Numbered from the stretch's first letter, positions 13,942-28,191 are shown. The stretch: DNA of 64,000 nucleotides from Octopus vulgaris (GCA_951406725.2 OX597820.1:45260001-45324000), one strand, 5' to 3'. Notes: generated from the sequence alone by a model not told the origin. Translations and numbers: made by a program.

Positions 13942-14324
13942 TGTGGAAGCACTCCGTCGGTTACGACGACGAGGGTTCCGGTTGATCCGATCAATGGAAC
14001 AGCCTGCTCGTGAAATTAACGTGTAAGTGGCTGAGCACTCCACAGACACGTGTACCCTTAATATAGTTCTCGGGGATATTCAGTGTGACACAGAGAGTGA
14101 CAAGGCCGGCCCTTTGAAATACAGGTACAACAGAAACAGGAAGTAAGAGTGAGAGAAAGTTGTGGTGAAAGAGTACAGCAGGGATCACCACCATCCCTGC
14201 CAGAGCCTCGTGGAGCTTTAGGTGTTTTCGCTCAATAAACACTCACAACGCCCGGTCTGGAAATCGAAACCGCGATCCTATGACCGCGAGTCCGCTGCCC
14301 TAACCACTGGGTCATTGCGCCTCC
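13942..14324 (-). mobile_element. tRNA-derived SINE family D, full length
   Basis: Near-identical reverse complement of 56831-57214; perfect 14-bp TSD ACCAAAAAACAAAG at 13928-13941 and 14325-14338. Confidence 0.9.
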
Positions 14325-15266
14325 ACCAAAAAACAAAGACAAAGCATAAAAACGCATTGACTGGAACTATCTAATTCAAGCAATTATGCATTTTTATAAC
14401 ATTATTCTTTTGTCAATACAAAAACTCACAAAATGGTGTCAATGTAACCATCAAAATCCTTTGTTTTTCCAGAAAGTTTTGTATATCATAGACATAATAG
14501 AAATGTTTATTGAAAGGACGCAATAACGAAGAGACGATCTTCGCGATTATCTCGTAGTTTCAATTTCCACTCTGTCGGTGGTCTACTGTTTTATGAATTG
14601 TGTTACAATACGGCTAACAAAGATGACTGATTCATTCAGTCATCTTTGAAATGTTAGTGTCTGTAATATTTGTCACCGTTTGAGATACATTCCCACCAAT
14701 CTTCCTATTAACATGATAAAAGCTTCCATGGTACGTATGATGATAAATGAAACAGTCTAGAAAGTAGAATATTACAATGAATTTTCGATTGTCGGTCATA
14801 TCTGTTTTGTATGCGACTGAACTACTAACTCACCGAATCACAGTTCTTTCTCCATCGGAGACAGCCTTCCAAATCAGTGAAGAAACTTTTGTGTGGTCGC
14901 TCGCCCGAACTGCTAGAAATAGCAGGCAAACCTCTTCAGATCACATTATACCACCTTAAAAAGAGCAGATTAGATAATGTATACAAATAAAAATATGTGC
15001 TGGTTACGAGTGGAAAGCCTTTGATTAAAGGTCTTCTAAATCAAGACAAACTTTAAGTTAAACAATAATAATTTATGCTACTAATACGATTGACATAGAT
15101 GTCACAATTTACCATTTTTCATTGCTGTAGAATTAACACTCAATCAAAAACAAAAACTTAGGAATACCGATGGACTCCAGCGAGTGACGTAAGACCACCT
15201 TCTCCCTGTAGCTTTCACAACCATCAGTCAACAGTCAACCACATAGTCGACTTATATATATATATG

Positions 15267-15600
15267 TGAAGGCGCATGGCTCAGTGGTTAGAGCGTCGAG
15301 CTTACGATCGTGAGGTTGTGAGCTCGAATCCCGGACCGGGCTGCGTGTTGTGTTCTTGAGCAAGGCACTTTATTTCACGTTGCTCCAGTTCATTCAGCTG
15401 TAGAAATGAGTTGCGACGTCACTGGTGCCAAGCTGTATCGACCTTTGTCTTTCCCTTGGATAACACAGGTGGCGTGGAGAGGGGAGGCTGGTATGCATGG
15501 GCGACTGCTGGTCTTCCATAAACAACCTTGCCCAGACTTGTGTCTAGGAGGGTAACTTTCTAGGTGCAATCCCATGGTCATTCATGACCGAAGGGGGTCA
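15267..15600 (+). mobile_element. tRNA-derived SINE family C
   Basis: A box TGGCTCAGTGGTTAGAGCG, B-box-like GAGCTCGAATCCC, GTGTTCTTGAGCAAGGCACTT. Near-identical to 44770-45108. Confidence 0.9.
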
Positions 15601-15605
15601 CAAAA

Positions 15606-15732
<127 letters not shown>

Positions 15733-16514
15733 TATTGTGTTCACTAATAGTCTTATTGGCGTTATCTTTCTCGCATGCTATTTTCAGATATTAGACACCT
15801 TTAAGGGACATTTTGTACATTAACTGCATGGAAAATTTCAATTAACTCGAGTTTTTCGTCTCATTATTACTGGTTTTCACTTCTGATTTTTTCCTCACAA
15901 TAACTCCCGATTATTTTAATGCAATTTTCGTAAATTTCCATTTTGCAAGTCACCACCTATTACTCGTAAACTCTCTTACGATTAATATCTGTATGTTTAT
16001 TCACTAAGCACATTCTTTCTTGTCTGAGACTACTTTTTCATTGTATATTCCAGCTCAGTCCTTTACATAGAATTTTACATAATCTTTCAGAAACTAGGTA
16101 ATCAGTTACGAAGTAGAAAAATAAATCGTTTTCACTGATTCACTGAATGGCCCTTTTTTATTAACAAGGAAGCGGGGTGGGGTGGAATCCGAATTTTAAG
16201 AAGAGAAATAAAAAGAATGGCGCTTTCCGGGATCTTAATCTTCTGTTTTGAAAATGTTTAATAATTCCGAAAGGTACCAGTCATATCTTGTTGAACAGTA
16301 TAGATTCCCTAAATGCTTTTAATCGTTATATCTCCAGAGCTCATACATGTGTTAAGTGTACACTAACTTCATTGCTAATATCAGCAAATATTTATATAAA
16401 AAAACGGTCGACTCTTTTGTAACAGCCAATCTCCTTGAAATTTTACTGTGTGGAGAGTTTATAGATATTTACATTTTTATTACTAGTCTCTGTTCGGTAA
16501 ATAAACCAGTTTAA

Positions 16515-16729
16515 TACTCTTTTACTCTTTTACTTGTTTCAGTCATTTGACTGTGGCCATGCTGGAGCACCGCCTTTAGTCGAGCAACTCGACCCCGGGA
16601 CTTATTCTTTGTAAGCCCAGTACTTATTCTATCGGTCTCTTTTGCCGAACTGCTAAGTAACGGGGACGTAAACACACCAGCATCGGTTGTCAAGCAATGC
16701 TAGGGAGACAAACACAGACACACAAACAA

Positions 16730-16799
<70 letters not shown>

Positions 16800-16975
16800 G
16801 TACATATATACGACAGGCTTCTTTCAGTTTCCGTCTACCAAATCCACTCACAAGGCATTGGTCGGCCCGGGGCTATAGCAGAAGACACTTGCCCAAGATG
16901 CCACGCAGTGGGACTGAACCCGGAACCATGTGGTTGGTAAGCAAGCTAATTATCACACAGCCACTTCTGCGCCTA
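16515..16975 (-). mobile_element. SINE family B, full length
   Basis: Reverse complement of family B including tail (TTTTACTC)n, internal (CA)n(TA)n and head ACCACACAGCCAC-like end. Confidence 0.9.
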
Positions 16976-17989
16976 TGTTTAATGTGGAGCATTTGCTATT
17001 TTCATTCAATGTATTTTTTCTTTTCTCTGGTTTTCGTTTAGTTTGAGATATTGACTTCATTGGTGCACTGAATCACTTATTTGTTAATGGGTTGGTATCA
17101 TCCTTGCACGGCACAGTATATTTTCTTTTTACGCTGGTTTGTGTCACTGCTGTTTTCTATTGATTTCAAACCTTGGCATAAGGCCATACATTTTCAGGAA
17201 GGAGTATTATACATTATATCGAACCAAGCTTATTTCATCAAATCTGGAAGTATAAAAGGCAAAGATAACGACAGCTAATTTCGAACACAGAACACCGAGT
17301 AATTCAAATAAACACCTTGGTATTTATTTAAATACTCTAAGGATCTTTTTACCACTTAGGCATGACACTTGATATTCTCAGGGCCTCTGTGGTTGGCGGG
17401 TAGAAGTTATCCTCAAACCGGAGGCCTGGTCTGAATGCTTGCAACAGAGTGAATTCTGCTAAAGGCACTCAAGGAACAGGTAGTGGCACTAAACTTGATG
17501 ACGAGTTAAATCTACTATCCAGGAACCCAGGACATAAAAAACTGGGACAAATATTGCAAGATATCCCATTCGATTCCCTAAGAGCACCTTGAAACCCACC
17601 GCCCTAGACTGGTGGTTTATTTTACTGAATCTGAAAGATGTAGCCGGCTCCGTCTGACAGTACCCGGTATGGAGCACCGTAGGCGGTTTAGTGTTCGATT
17701 CGACACTCTTCCGGCAGCTCCTGCAACCAAGCTGGTGCCAAACGTAATGCTCTGCACTCCTTTGGACTACTTCAGCAAGGTCAAGAGAGGAATCATGACG
17801 ATTGGGCTAGCCAGGAGTTTCTTACATCTAGCCCAGGCCTGCGCAAAACAAGAGGACATGAAATGTAAAAACCAGACTAGATTAGTTTATGCGCAACTCC
17901 ATTGTCTCCGGAGACAAAAGGATGGCAACAACAGTTGACTTCGACAGGATTGGAATTCAGGATGCAAGGAGCTAGAACAAATACTACAC

Positions 17990-18900
17990 GTTCTCTATTG
18001 ACATGACGACATTTTTATGTTAATGATGAGTTGAACTGCAGGAAGGTTACATATATATTTTAATAAGAGCACTCGCTTCGTTATACATGCATCCCAACGT
18101 AGATGGAGCCATCTTTCACTTAATTTTGATCTGACGCAAACGAACGTCATCCACATACAACCTAAATATTTCACGCCAGAACGATGACCATACTTCGAAA
18201 GCATACTTCGCTGGTGACATGACAACATGACAACCGAGACTCAACAGAACGAAGGCATAATAACAATCATTAAGGAAACAGTCTTGTACTTCACTTTCTT
18301 TAGTCATGGACAATACACCAAAAAACCATGGCAGCTGTTTCAAATGCTAGGCTTAACAATCCTTGGCGATTTTTCATTGCGACCTCACATATATTGCATA
18401 GCGAAACATACATCACAAAGACAAGTTTCTCTTTAGCTCCAGGAAAAAATTTAGCCTATTTTAGTTCTCGATTCTCTATAAAGCTTATGTAAGACTCCAA
18501 CTGGAGTACTACTCACATATTTGAAATGGTGCTGCTATACACTTACAGACACATTAAAATACATCCAATACAATGTCATTTTCTTCGTCGGCGTTGATTC
18601 ACTCATCAACATACCACACACAAGTAACTTACAGACGACTAGTTTTATTTCTCTTTGTGTGATAGAACCATCCACAGCTATCCCTGCTCGTCTGAACAAG
18701 CTGTTTACTTTGTCTATGCCTCCTTCTCTACTCATCTCGTCATACTCACTGTGTACCACCTTGCACATATCGCAAAATCACTTCGTCTAGTTTCTAGTTC
18801 GTCCACTTCAGGACTACCTCTTTTTAAAATTCTTTGTCGACTCCAGTGATCAGCAAATACGTTTAAGCCCTTCTCGGACTGACTGAAAAGCTCACGGACA
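17990..18900 (-). mobile_element. Highly decayed RTE-like LINE ORF2 (RT region)
   Basis: Scattered minus-strand peptides (EMSREGG..NSLF, KYLG) recall RTE reverse transcriptase motifs; heavily disrupted. Confidence 0.4.
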
Positions 18901-19586
18901 CTGTCCTTTCTTCTTGATCAACTTATATAAATCAAAAGGGAACCCATAGTTTGTGAATCAACAGGGATGGTTTCTTCTTGATGAAGACCAACTTCCTAAA
19001 ATTAGTGCGGTGTTACTTAGATAGCCAATGTCCACAGATGCAAATATAAATCTCTATGTGGATATATGCAATTCTGTGTTTACAAGCTACAACCATATAA
19101 GGATAAAAGGATGATATGCAACTTTGCCTTTCGTCTTTCGGGATCGATGAAATAAATATTTTGAAACCAATATTTCCTCACGCCCTGAAATCCTTCTGAA
19201 ATCCCTTTCCCAGAAGGTTTTGCGAAGTACACGAGCACTGTGCCTTCCTTGTCCTTTCCATCTAACTAGAGTATTTTTTAAAAAATGATTCACCTTAGGT
19301 TCTCTGTTACGAGTTTTTATGAAAGATAACTTCCCACACTATTTGTTTATTTATTTTTTAAAGAAATCAAGTCTTAAGAAAAAAAAGAAAAATTGCAAAA
19401 AAAAAAAAAGAAAACTGAAAAGATTTCATTTAATTGTATCATATATCTAAATCTGTGACCATTGTGAAGATCGTAGTCTAAGCAAAGTGTGTCAGACTGG
19501 CTAATGTAATTTCATAAAGCACCAGAAAGATTACTTAATAAACGTTGGCCAAAAATAATCGCTTTCATAGTTACTATTTTACAGAA

Positions 19587-19660
<74 letters not shown>

Positions 19661-19961
19661 GCAAGCACGCACGCATACGCACGCACACGCAGATACAAGT
19701 AAATAAATTTCTTGATTTTTATTTTGTTTAGCTTGCGACTTTATTGAGAGAACTTGCTTTCGTACAAGCATTAACTGACGTTGCAGATTGTACCAAAAAC
19801 GTTCTCAGGGGTACTACATTTCTATTATTCAATATTTAATGAATGACTATTAAATAAGAGTTCAAGTTCTGTCAACATTTATATTTATAAAGAAAAACAC
19901 GTAGCATGACCAACAGAATAAACAACAAAACGTTGACGCTGTATGTGTGTGCGCATATATG

Positions 19962-20024
<63 letters not shown>

Positions 20025-20192
20025 GTATAGGAAAAGTAGAAGTTGAAAATGCACTGAGAAATGTTAAAATATTTTTTATTATTATATTTGAAGCTTTAAC
20101 CGGTTTCACAGTTTACACTATTTTAACTATTCTCAGTGCATTTTCAACTTTTATTTCCTATATTTCTACCCGCGTGGAATACAATAACTTTG

Positions 20193-20270
<78 letters not shown>

Positions 20271-20295
20271 GTGTATATATATATATATGTATATA

Positions 20296-20363
<68 letters not shown>

Positions 20364-20636
20364 CATATATAAAAAGTGTTGGTGGCATACGAGTGGGTAT
20401 ATATTTGTAAAAAAGAAGTTTGAAAATTCCACTATGTAAGATAAATTTTAATTTTCTTAAGAGATTTTTCATGTTTCGGTTCTTCTTGAAAAAAAAACCG
20501 AACCTTATCAAAAGTATTTTTAAAAATGTTAAGTGTAATAAAAAAAGTTCACATGGTGGTGTTTTGTGGGGCGGGAGAGCATAATGGCTGTCTTGTGCGT
20601 TGACTAGAATCGTTGGCTGTGTAAATATATAAATAA

Positions 20637-20682
<46 letters not shown>

Positions 20683-22141
20683 CATTTCACTTTGTTTCGT
20701 TTTCGTTTTCCTCTTTCTGATTTTTGTTATTTCAAACCATGTATAAATAAATGTTTGGTAAAATTAACAACTTCTTACAATTCGAACAGAACTTGTTTAC
20801 CTTTACTACTGGACGCACGTTTCTTTTTTTACCGTTCTCATTGTTACACTATCATTCATCCGGTTCCCAATGTAGGGTTTATTCGTTGCAAACAAAGTTT
20901 ATTTTACTTCCTCCCATATAAAGCTATGTTTGCTAATTTGTTTTCGAATTTTTGTTTGTATTTACTTGTGAAAAAAAGGGGGTATTTAGAGCTCTTTATG
21001 TAGGTCGTGATCTTTTATTACAGTCTTGTTCCAAGTGTGTGTGTATGTGCATATGCAAAGATATATATGTATATAAGCATATATGCATCTATGTAAATAT
21101 ATGTACAAATACACACATGTAAATATATTCATATATTTCTATGTATTTATATATGTGTGTATGTATATGCAGAGTCGAGCTGTTGGCGACTAAACCGGTA
21201 ACCGTATGAAGCAAGCTTAGTAAGAGGGGTGGATTTGTTGGACTCTGCAAGACAAAAACAAAACCTGCCAAAGGGCAGATGAACGCAGTAGAGTTAACGG
21301 CCTTCCAATAGCTGGGAATGAGAGAATCGTAGTCTTTGTTTCGATATATTTCCAAGAGAAGGAAAACTCCTTTGTAATACCTGCAACTTCATTTACATCC
21401 AGTGATGTAGACTGGTTCTTTCCTTTTCCTTTTGCGCAAATGCAGACTTTGTTCTGAGTGGGATTGGTTCAGTGCAAGTCTGTCTGTCGAGCTAGCGTGT
21501 GCTTACATATATGTTACAAAATGCATAACTTAGCAATTCGATAAGTATAGTTCGATAAAAGAATTACGAGACTGGATTATCAACTAGGTTCATATGATCG
21601 CCTAAAAATTCCTGAAAATGGAGCACAAGATTACAGCAATCTTAATGGCGGAAAGTAGTCGTAGAAAATACAGCATTCGAACTCGCTGCAAGCGTACTAG
21701 TGAATTTTTATTCATCAAATAATTTCTCTATCCCTATATTCTCATTGGTGCAAAAGTAATTTTATGAATATCCATATTTTCTCGGAAGGAAATTTCGTAA
21801 TATTATTAAAGCGAAGCAAGAAGAGGACATCTTAATTATTTGCTGTTTAAATGGAATTTAAAATTAATATTCATAGTTATCAATGTTGATATATTCTGTG
21901 GGAGGTTAATCGCTGTTGCTTATGATATTTTTCCTTTCATGAATTTTATTGATTAAATTTCGTTTTTAACCTGTTTCTTATTGCTATATCTAATAATTTT
22001 ATGAATATTGAGTCTTTATAATATTCATAAAATTACTAGTTATATCAATGATAAGAAAAAATGGAAATAATTTGGTCAGTAAAATTTAACCAGTTACGGT
22101 TGCTGCACCATGTCTACCACGACTGACAGAAGACAGTTAAA

Positions 22142-22182
<41 letters not shown>

Positions 22183-22185
<3 letters not shown>

Positions 22186-23388
22186 GCTGGTGTACCCGAT
22201 AATTCCCGTGGGGTAAAGTTGTTCTATTGAAACGCCTTATTATTCTGATATAAGAAAGCAATTTCGTTATAACTACCGCAAAAGGTGTATTTTCTGTCAC
22301 GGAAAAGTACAAAAACGTCAGCTGGAGGAGGGAGAGATTGTTGGAGGTTGGCGCGAGAGGTTTTCGGAGGTCGGTGAAAAAGATTGTCGGAGATTGGTGA
22401 GAGAAGTTGCCGGAGGTTGGTGAGAGAGATTTTCGGAGGTTAGCAAGAGAGGGCATCGGAGGTTGTCTAGAGAGGTTGTCGGAGGTTGTCTAGAGAGGTT
22501 TTCAGAGGTTGGCGAGAGAGGTTGTCGTTCATAGAAAAACTATGGTTTTACCGTGAGAAAAGCGCTGTTGAAGTGTTAAGTGAAATTTAGCAATCGAGGA
22601 TCGAATCCACGCTATGCCTGCATGAAGCCACTACAAATACGTTGTGGAAAAAAATTTATCTACTGTCATGGAGAAAGTGTAACTGTAAAAATGCAGAATT
22701 ATCGGAGTAATGGGCATTCAAAAAAGTATGTATGTATAGAAATATATGAATGAAGAGATTCAAATTAAGGAAGTGCAATAATAATGTTTAACAATTCAAA
22801 ACTGTGAGTAGTGAAATGCAGAATTAGGTCGGCTGATCGTGAGAATCAAATATTGATAGCATCGCTAAAAACTGCAGGTGGTATGGGTGATTTCCCTTGG
22901 GTTGTTTAAATAAAATATTAGTAATATGTAGTAGATAGGAAGATCCATTGGATGGGCTCTATTATCGATTTTTTCCAACAATCTAAATACGTCACGCGGT
23001 TTCCAGACACGAGTACTACTCACGTATCAAATATAGTAAAAAAGTGATATTGTCTGCAAAAATTAGAAATTGGATACACTAAAAAATCAATATTCAAAGT
23101 AATCAAACATAAACAATGAAATGAATTATTTCCCGTGATCGTTTAAAAAAATATTGTGCAGGTGGTATGGGTTAATTCCCTTGAGTGTTTAAAAAAATAA
23201 GTTATATGAGGTAGATATAATGGTCCCTTCCAGGGGCCGTATTATCGATTTTTTCAACAATCTAAGTATGTCACGAGGTTTCCAGACATGAGTTCTACTC
23301 ACGTGTTAAGTTTCATCAAAATCAATTAAACGATGTGGGAGGAGTTAGATAACAACGCCACAAAACACACCGATTTTCCGCATATGTA

Positions 23389-23395
<7 letters not shown>
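22183..23395 (-). mobile_element. Probable non-autonomous Helitron with internal minisatellite
   Basis: Left end has hairpin ACCCGATAATTCCCGTGGGT. Right end AAGTTTCATCAAAATCAATTAAACGATGTGGGAGGAG resembles Helitron subterminal sequence. Both ends abut (TA)n. Internal duplication ~22870-23030 / ~23155-23305. Confidence 0.55.
22325..22527. repeat. ~20-22-bp minisatellite (GGAGGTTGGCGAGAGAGGTTTTC-like)
   Basis: About nine diverged tandem copies visible. Confidence 0.85.
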
Positions 23396-23432
<37 letters not shown>

Positions 23433-23450
23433 TGTGTGTATACGTGCATG

Positions 23451-23482
<32 letters not shown>

Positions 23483-23735
23483 TGTATGTATGTATGTATG
23501 TATGTATGTATGTATGTATGTATGTATGTATAGAAGCGCGCGCACATACATATATGTAAGTGTGGGTGTATATGTACATTTGTGTGTGTATGTATGTGTG
23601 TGTGTGTATGCATGTATGTAAAATTGTGGTAACTACAATGGGATTTTCCTGTTGTCAATTGTTGGCATAATTTTCGCAAGGATATTTCTCAATCGGTTCT
23701 TGGGCCATTTTGTACTAGATATTTTCTGAGTCATA

Positions 23736-24360
23736 ATGTGGATTTCAGCAGATATGATCTTTACAAATGAAAAGATCCTTACAAACCAACAGATTCAAGA
23801 GAAGTGCAGAGAACTTCATCTACACCAGTGTTTCATCGATTTTATCAAGGCCTTTGACTTGGGGTGTCCGGAAAATTTCACTGGGCTCATTCGATCTCGT
23901 CATGGCAACATGAAAGAATGGATGTGTGTCAATGGGGAACTACTAAAATCCATCTCTGTTAAATCTGGATTTAAACAGGGTGGTCTCTTGGTTTCAACTA
24001 TGTTCGCCATCTTCTTTGTTATTATTATCTTGCAAGCCTTGGCGAATAGCGATGCTAACTAATATCTACATCCGTTACTGTACAACAGGAGAGTTTTTCA
24101 ACATTAGTCGTTTCATTACAGTAACAAAAATCTCCGTGGCTCTCATCATGATCTCCTTTACGTTGGTGATTGCAATCTCATAACCTACGCTGAAGAACGA
24201 CTGCTGCCCATGATAGACTGTATTTCAGCCACGTGAGACAATCAATCCTAAGAAGAACATAGTTATGCTACAACTAGCACCAGGCAAGCTATATATCCCA
24301 CTATTAACATACATCAAGGGTAAAAATTTAAAAGTCGTAGATACGTTTGCCTACCTTTCA
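23736..24360 (+). mobile_element. RTE/BovB-like LINE reverse transcriptase fragment
   Basis: ADMIF..QIQEKCRE..FIDFIKAFD..GCPENF..SGFKQGGLL..IYIRY..GEFFN..DLLYVGDC (degenerate YADD); stops and frameshifts. Confidence 0.85.
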
Positions 24361-24819
24361 TAGAATATCGTGCAGGTATAAACGACGGTGTACGTCACCT
24401 AAATTCTTTCTAGTTTTGTTTTAATTTTCGTCTTTCTTTCAGTCTGAAATCAAGTTTCACATTTTTTAAACACACTTTTCGACTCTCTTCGTTGTTCGGA
24501 AAATCTAATATTTATAAATCCTCTGGAATTGATTCAATTATAAATATACCTCTGCTCTCTCTCCCCTGAGAAAAAAAAAAAAGATTTGCTGAATATCTTA
24601 CAGAATGTTAATTTGGTGAGTGATATTTGCAAAATTTGCGAAGGATATGAAAAAGATGAAAAAAGAAAACTCAGCTAATAGAAAAAAATTTAGTAAGAAT
24701 TAAGTCAAAATAATTAAATATATAAGTATAAAATGCGTGTATAAAATTCTAAAATACTTAAAAAAAATTTTCGAATTTAATTGACATTTGTTGTTTTACT
24801 AATACGAGTTTTCTTGGAC

Positions 24820-24885
<66 letters not shown>

Positions 24886-25534
24886 CATTTTTTTTTTTTT
24901 TTACCCTTTAAATAGATAATTAACATGGCACCTCTTTTGCAAAATAAAGTAATTTTCAAGATTTTAGCTGTGACATTTTTGACCATCCTCTCTGCCACCC
25001 TCATCACTCTGCCCACTTCTCCGTCCTTTCAATCTCCCATCCTTTCATCTGTCAAGTATTTAAACACTAATGAAGAGATTTCCGCTTTCTTTTAACTGGT
25101 GATATATCTCTTTTGGCACACCTTCAATCAAACTGCCATTCCTATTCTTTTGAAGTAAATATCAAATGAAACTCGCCTCCATCATTCGTTTAAATGAGTT
25201 TGTTTATTTTACTTGTAACTTTTAAACAGATTACCACACCTTGTCAACGTCTTAATTTCGTCGTAGTTCTGTATTTGCTCAACAATACCACTCCCCTACT
25301 TAGTGCGGTATCTTGAACATAGACAAATAAACCTATAAAAACTGTATTCTTATTTATTTTAAAATACTTTTCGCATCTGGGATGTGCTACAGTAGAATAA
25401 TTCGTCTCAAGTATTTTATCGACCTCTGGAAGGATACAGAAGCAAAAGTTGGTCAAAGCGAGATTTTAACACTGACCGTTAAGGGTTCTAAACTAAATAC
25501 TTCTTTCTAATTTTGAGGGGAAGGGACATAGACC

Positions 25535-25698
25535 CACCCACCCCCGTCAGTGCTCAGCCAGCACTTATTTTATCGATCCCGAAAGGACGAAAGACAAAGT
25601 CGACCTGAGCTGTATTTGAACTCAGAACGTTAGGCGCCGGAAGAAATGCTGCTAAGCATTTTGTCCGACGCGATAACGGTTCTGCCAGCTCGTTGCCT
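25535..25698 (-). mobile_element. SINE family A
   Basis: Reverse complement of core and head (TTTGAACTCAGAACG..TTCTGCCAGCTCG). Confidence 0.75.
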
Positions 25699-26015
25699 TT
25701 CGTAGACTAAATATTGATACTCCAAAGATTCGGCTAATGTACACTCTGAAATGACTAACAGACGCGTTGCTTTAACGCGTGGGTGGCATTTCAAGATAGA
25801 ACTGGAACGGAAAGAGTGCCGAAAAGAACAGCAACAAAAACAACAAAATATACAAAAAAATGTCAAAAATGATTAAGATTTTCATTTGTCAAACATTGGT
25901 AATACTTTTGGACTTTTGTTCAAGGCATGAGTACTACAACATCTTGGCTTATTTTTCACATACAAATACAGCTCGCACATGGTAAAAAGGAAATCAATAT
26001 ATTTGTGGATTGTAA

Positions 26016-26655
26016 GGCGGCGAACTGGCAGAACCGTTAGCGCGCCGAAGGCGGCGAACTGGCAGAAACGTTAGCACGCTGGGCGAAATGTGCAGCCGTA
26101 TTTCGTCTGCCGTTACGTTCTGAGTTCAAATTCCGCCGAGTCGACTTTGCCTTTTATCCTTTCGGGGTCGATAAATTAAGCACCAGTTACGCACTGGGGT
26201 CGATGTAATCGATTTAATCCGTTTGTCTGTCCTTGTTTGTCCTCTCTGTATTTAGCCCCTTGTGGGTAGTAAAGAAATAGGTATTTCGTCTGCCACTACG
26301 TTCTGAGTTCAAATTCCGCCGAGGTCGACTTTCCTTTTCATCCTTTCGGGGTCGATAAATTAAGTACCAATTACGCACTGGGGTCGATCTAATCGACTTT
26401 ATCCGTTTGTCTGTACTTGTTTGTCCCCTCTGTGTTTAGCCCCTTGTGTGCAATAAAGAAATATGAACTGTCAGCGCGCCGGGTAAAATGCTTTGCGGAA
26501 TTTCGTCCATCTTTAAATTCTAAGTTCAAATGCCGCCGAGGTCAACTTTGTCTTTCATAATTTCGGAGTCGATAAAATAAGTACCAATTGAGTACTGCGG
26601 TTGATGTAATCGCTTTGTCACTTCTCCAAACTTGCTGGTCTCGTGCCAAAATTTG
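26016..26655 (+). mobile_element. SINE family A monomer with a family A dimer nested in its head (26048-26464)
   Basis: Outer TSD AAATCAATATATTTGT(G/A)GATTGT at 25991-26013 and 26656-26678. Inner TSD GAAC(C/T)GT(T/C)AGCGCGCCG at 26031-26047 and 26465-26481. Confidence 0.85.
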
Positions 26656-26749
26656 AAATCAATATATTTGTAGATTGTTATTTTCATTAGAGAAGGTTAA
26701 TCTTTCGCTAGAGATAAAATTGGTTGCTCATAAAAGCATAAAACAAAAT

Positions 26750-27310
26750 ACCTTGCGATATTTGTTCCGAAGAACTTTGCCCTTCATTCTGTTAGTGTTG
26801 ATAAAATAAAGTACCATCGGTTGATAGAATAAAGTACTATGGTCGATATAATCGACTTGCCCCGCCCCTCAAAAAATTGCTGGCCTTTTTGTCAAAATTA
26901 GAAAGACTTATTATTATTCTGGCGAAGGCGACAAGCTGACAGAATCGTTAGCATGCCGTTTTGACTTCAAATTCCGCCGAGGTCGACTTTCGGAGTCGAT
27001 AAATTAAGTACCAGTGGAATACTGGAGCCTATGTAATCGACTTAACCCTCGAATTTCAGGCTTTGTGCCTATAGCAGTAAGGATTAGTATAGCGAAAGCG
27101 ACGAGCTGGCTAAATAGTCAGCGTGCCGGACAAATTGTTTAGTAGCATTTCGTCTGTTTTATGCTCTGGGTTCAACCTCTACCGAGGTTGACCTTATCTT
27201 TTATTCCTTCGGGGTCAATAGGATGAGTACTAGTTGAGTACGCTGGTTGATGACATCGACTTACCTATTCCTCTGTTATTGTCCACCTTGTACCCAAATT
27301 TGAAACCTAT
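26750..27310 (+). mobile_element. Cluster of older, diverged SINE family A copies
   Basis: Repeated degenerate cores (GCCGAGGTCGACTTT, CCTTCGGGGTCAAT, AAATTTGAAACC tail). Confidence 0.65.
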
Positions 27311-27317
27311 ATTTCTG

Positions 27318-27391
<74 letters not shown>

Positions 27392-27697
27392 CAAAACAAT
27401 CTATTAGAACTATAATTATATATCCGAAATTAGCACAGACAGTTAACAGACATTGTGAATTCCTGGGTAGCTACTCAAAGTAAACGAAAGTCTACAATTT
27501 ACTTGACAAACCAGCAATGATGATAAGCGAGTAAAATAAGGATCAAAAGAGAACATATTATTGCCGATATACGTGTGAAATAACTGATTCGCCTGAAGTA
27601 TTTATAGACGTAAATGGTTTCCATAAATATTAACAGCTATACACACTATATGTGTATGTATGTGTATATATATGTATATATGTATATATATATATAT

Positions 27698-27902
27698 AGT
27701 TAATCCAAACAAGAAAACACAAAAAAACACAGCAACGCAAGGACGTGGAACAAATAAAGTATTATTGGACGCTCAGGAAAGAAGGGAAGAAGGAGGGTTT
27801 AACGTTTCGAGCGGAGCTCTTCGTCGGAAACAAAGGAGAAGGAAAGATCCCGAGAAGGGAAGACAGGAAAAAAATTGCTGGCGGTGCTCACGAGGTCATA
27901 CA

Positions 27903-27903
<1 letters not shown>
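27698..27903 (-). mobile_element. ~200-bp hammerhead-bearing element (family H), copy 1
   Basis: Reverse complement of 43631-43829; flanked by (TA)n-type repeats on both sides. Confidence 0.75.
27797..27831 (-). ncRNA. Minimal type I hammerhead ribozyme-like motif (U4C core variant)
   Basis: Minus strand reads GTTT-CCGACGA-A-GAGC-TCC-GCTC-GAAA-CGT-T-AAAC. Confidence 0.55.
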
Positions 27904-27991
<88 letters not shown>

Positions 27992-28007
27992 ATTTATATA
28001 TATATTT

Positions 28008-28191
28008 CAAAAAATAACCACATGTGAATCGTTGGCGATTTTCTTCCTCCGTCTTCCCTTCTATTAGACTTTCGTCTGTTTCCGATGAAGAGCGTCTGCT
28101 CGAAACGTTAAACAAACTTCCTTTCCTTCCCTGAGTGTCTGCCACGTTCTCGCGTTGTTGCTTTTTTATGTTTGTTTTTCTTTTTGGGATT

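Noticed and set aside
15267-15345. tRNA-like sequences (also 30950-31025, 44770-44845, 56835-56910)
   Set aside because: They are SINE heads that continue into SINE bodies, some with TSDs; not called as tRNA genes.
17370-17860. GC-richer segments resembling RTE 5' regions (also 21170-21500, 38410-38720, 62340-62760)
   Set aside because: Probably old repeat fragments, but I cannot assign a family or boundaries from sequence alone.
19885-20685. Many YI/CV/HT-repeat ORFs here and throughout the window
   Set aside because: Dinucleotide microsatellites lack stop codons; there is no coding signal.
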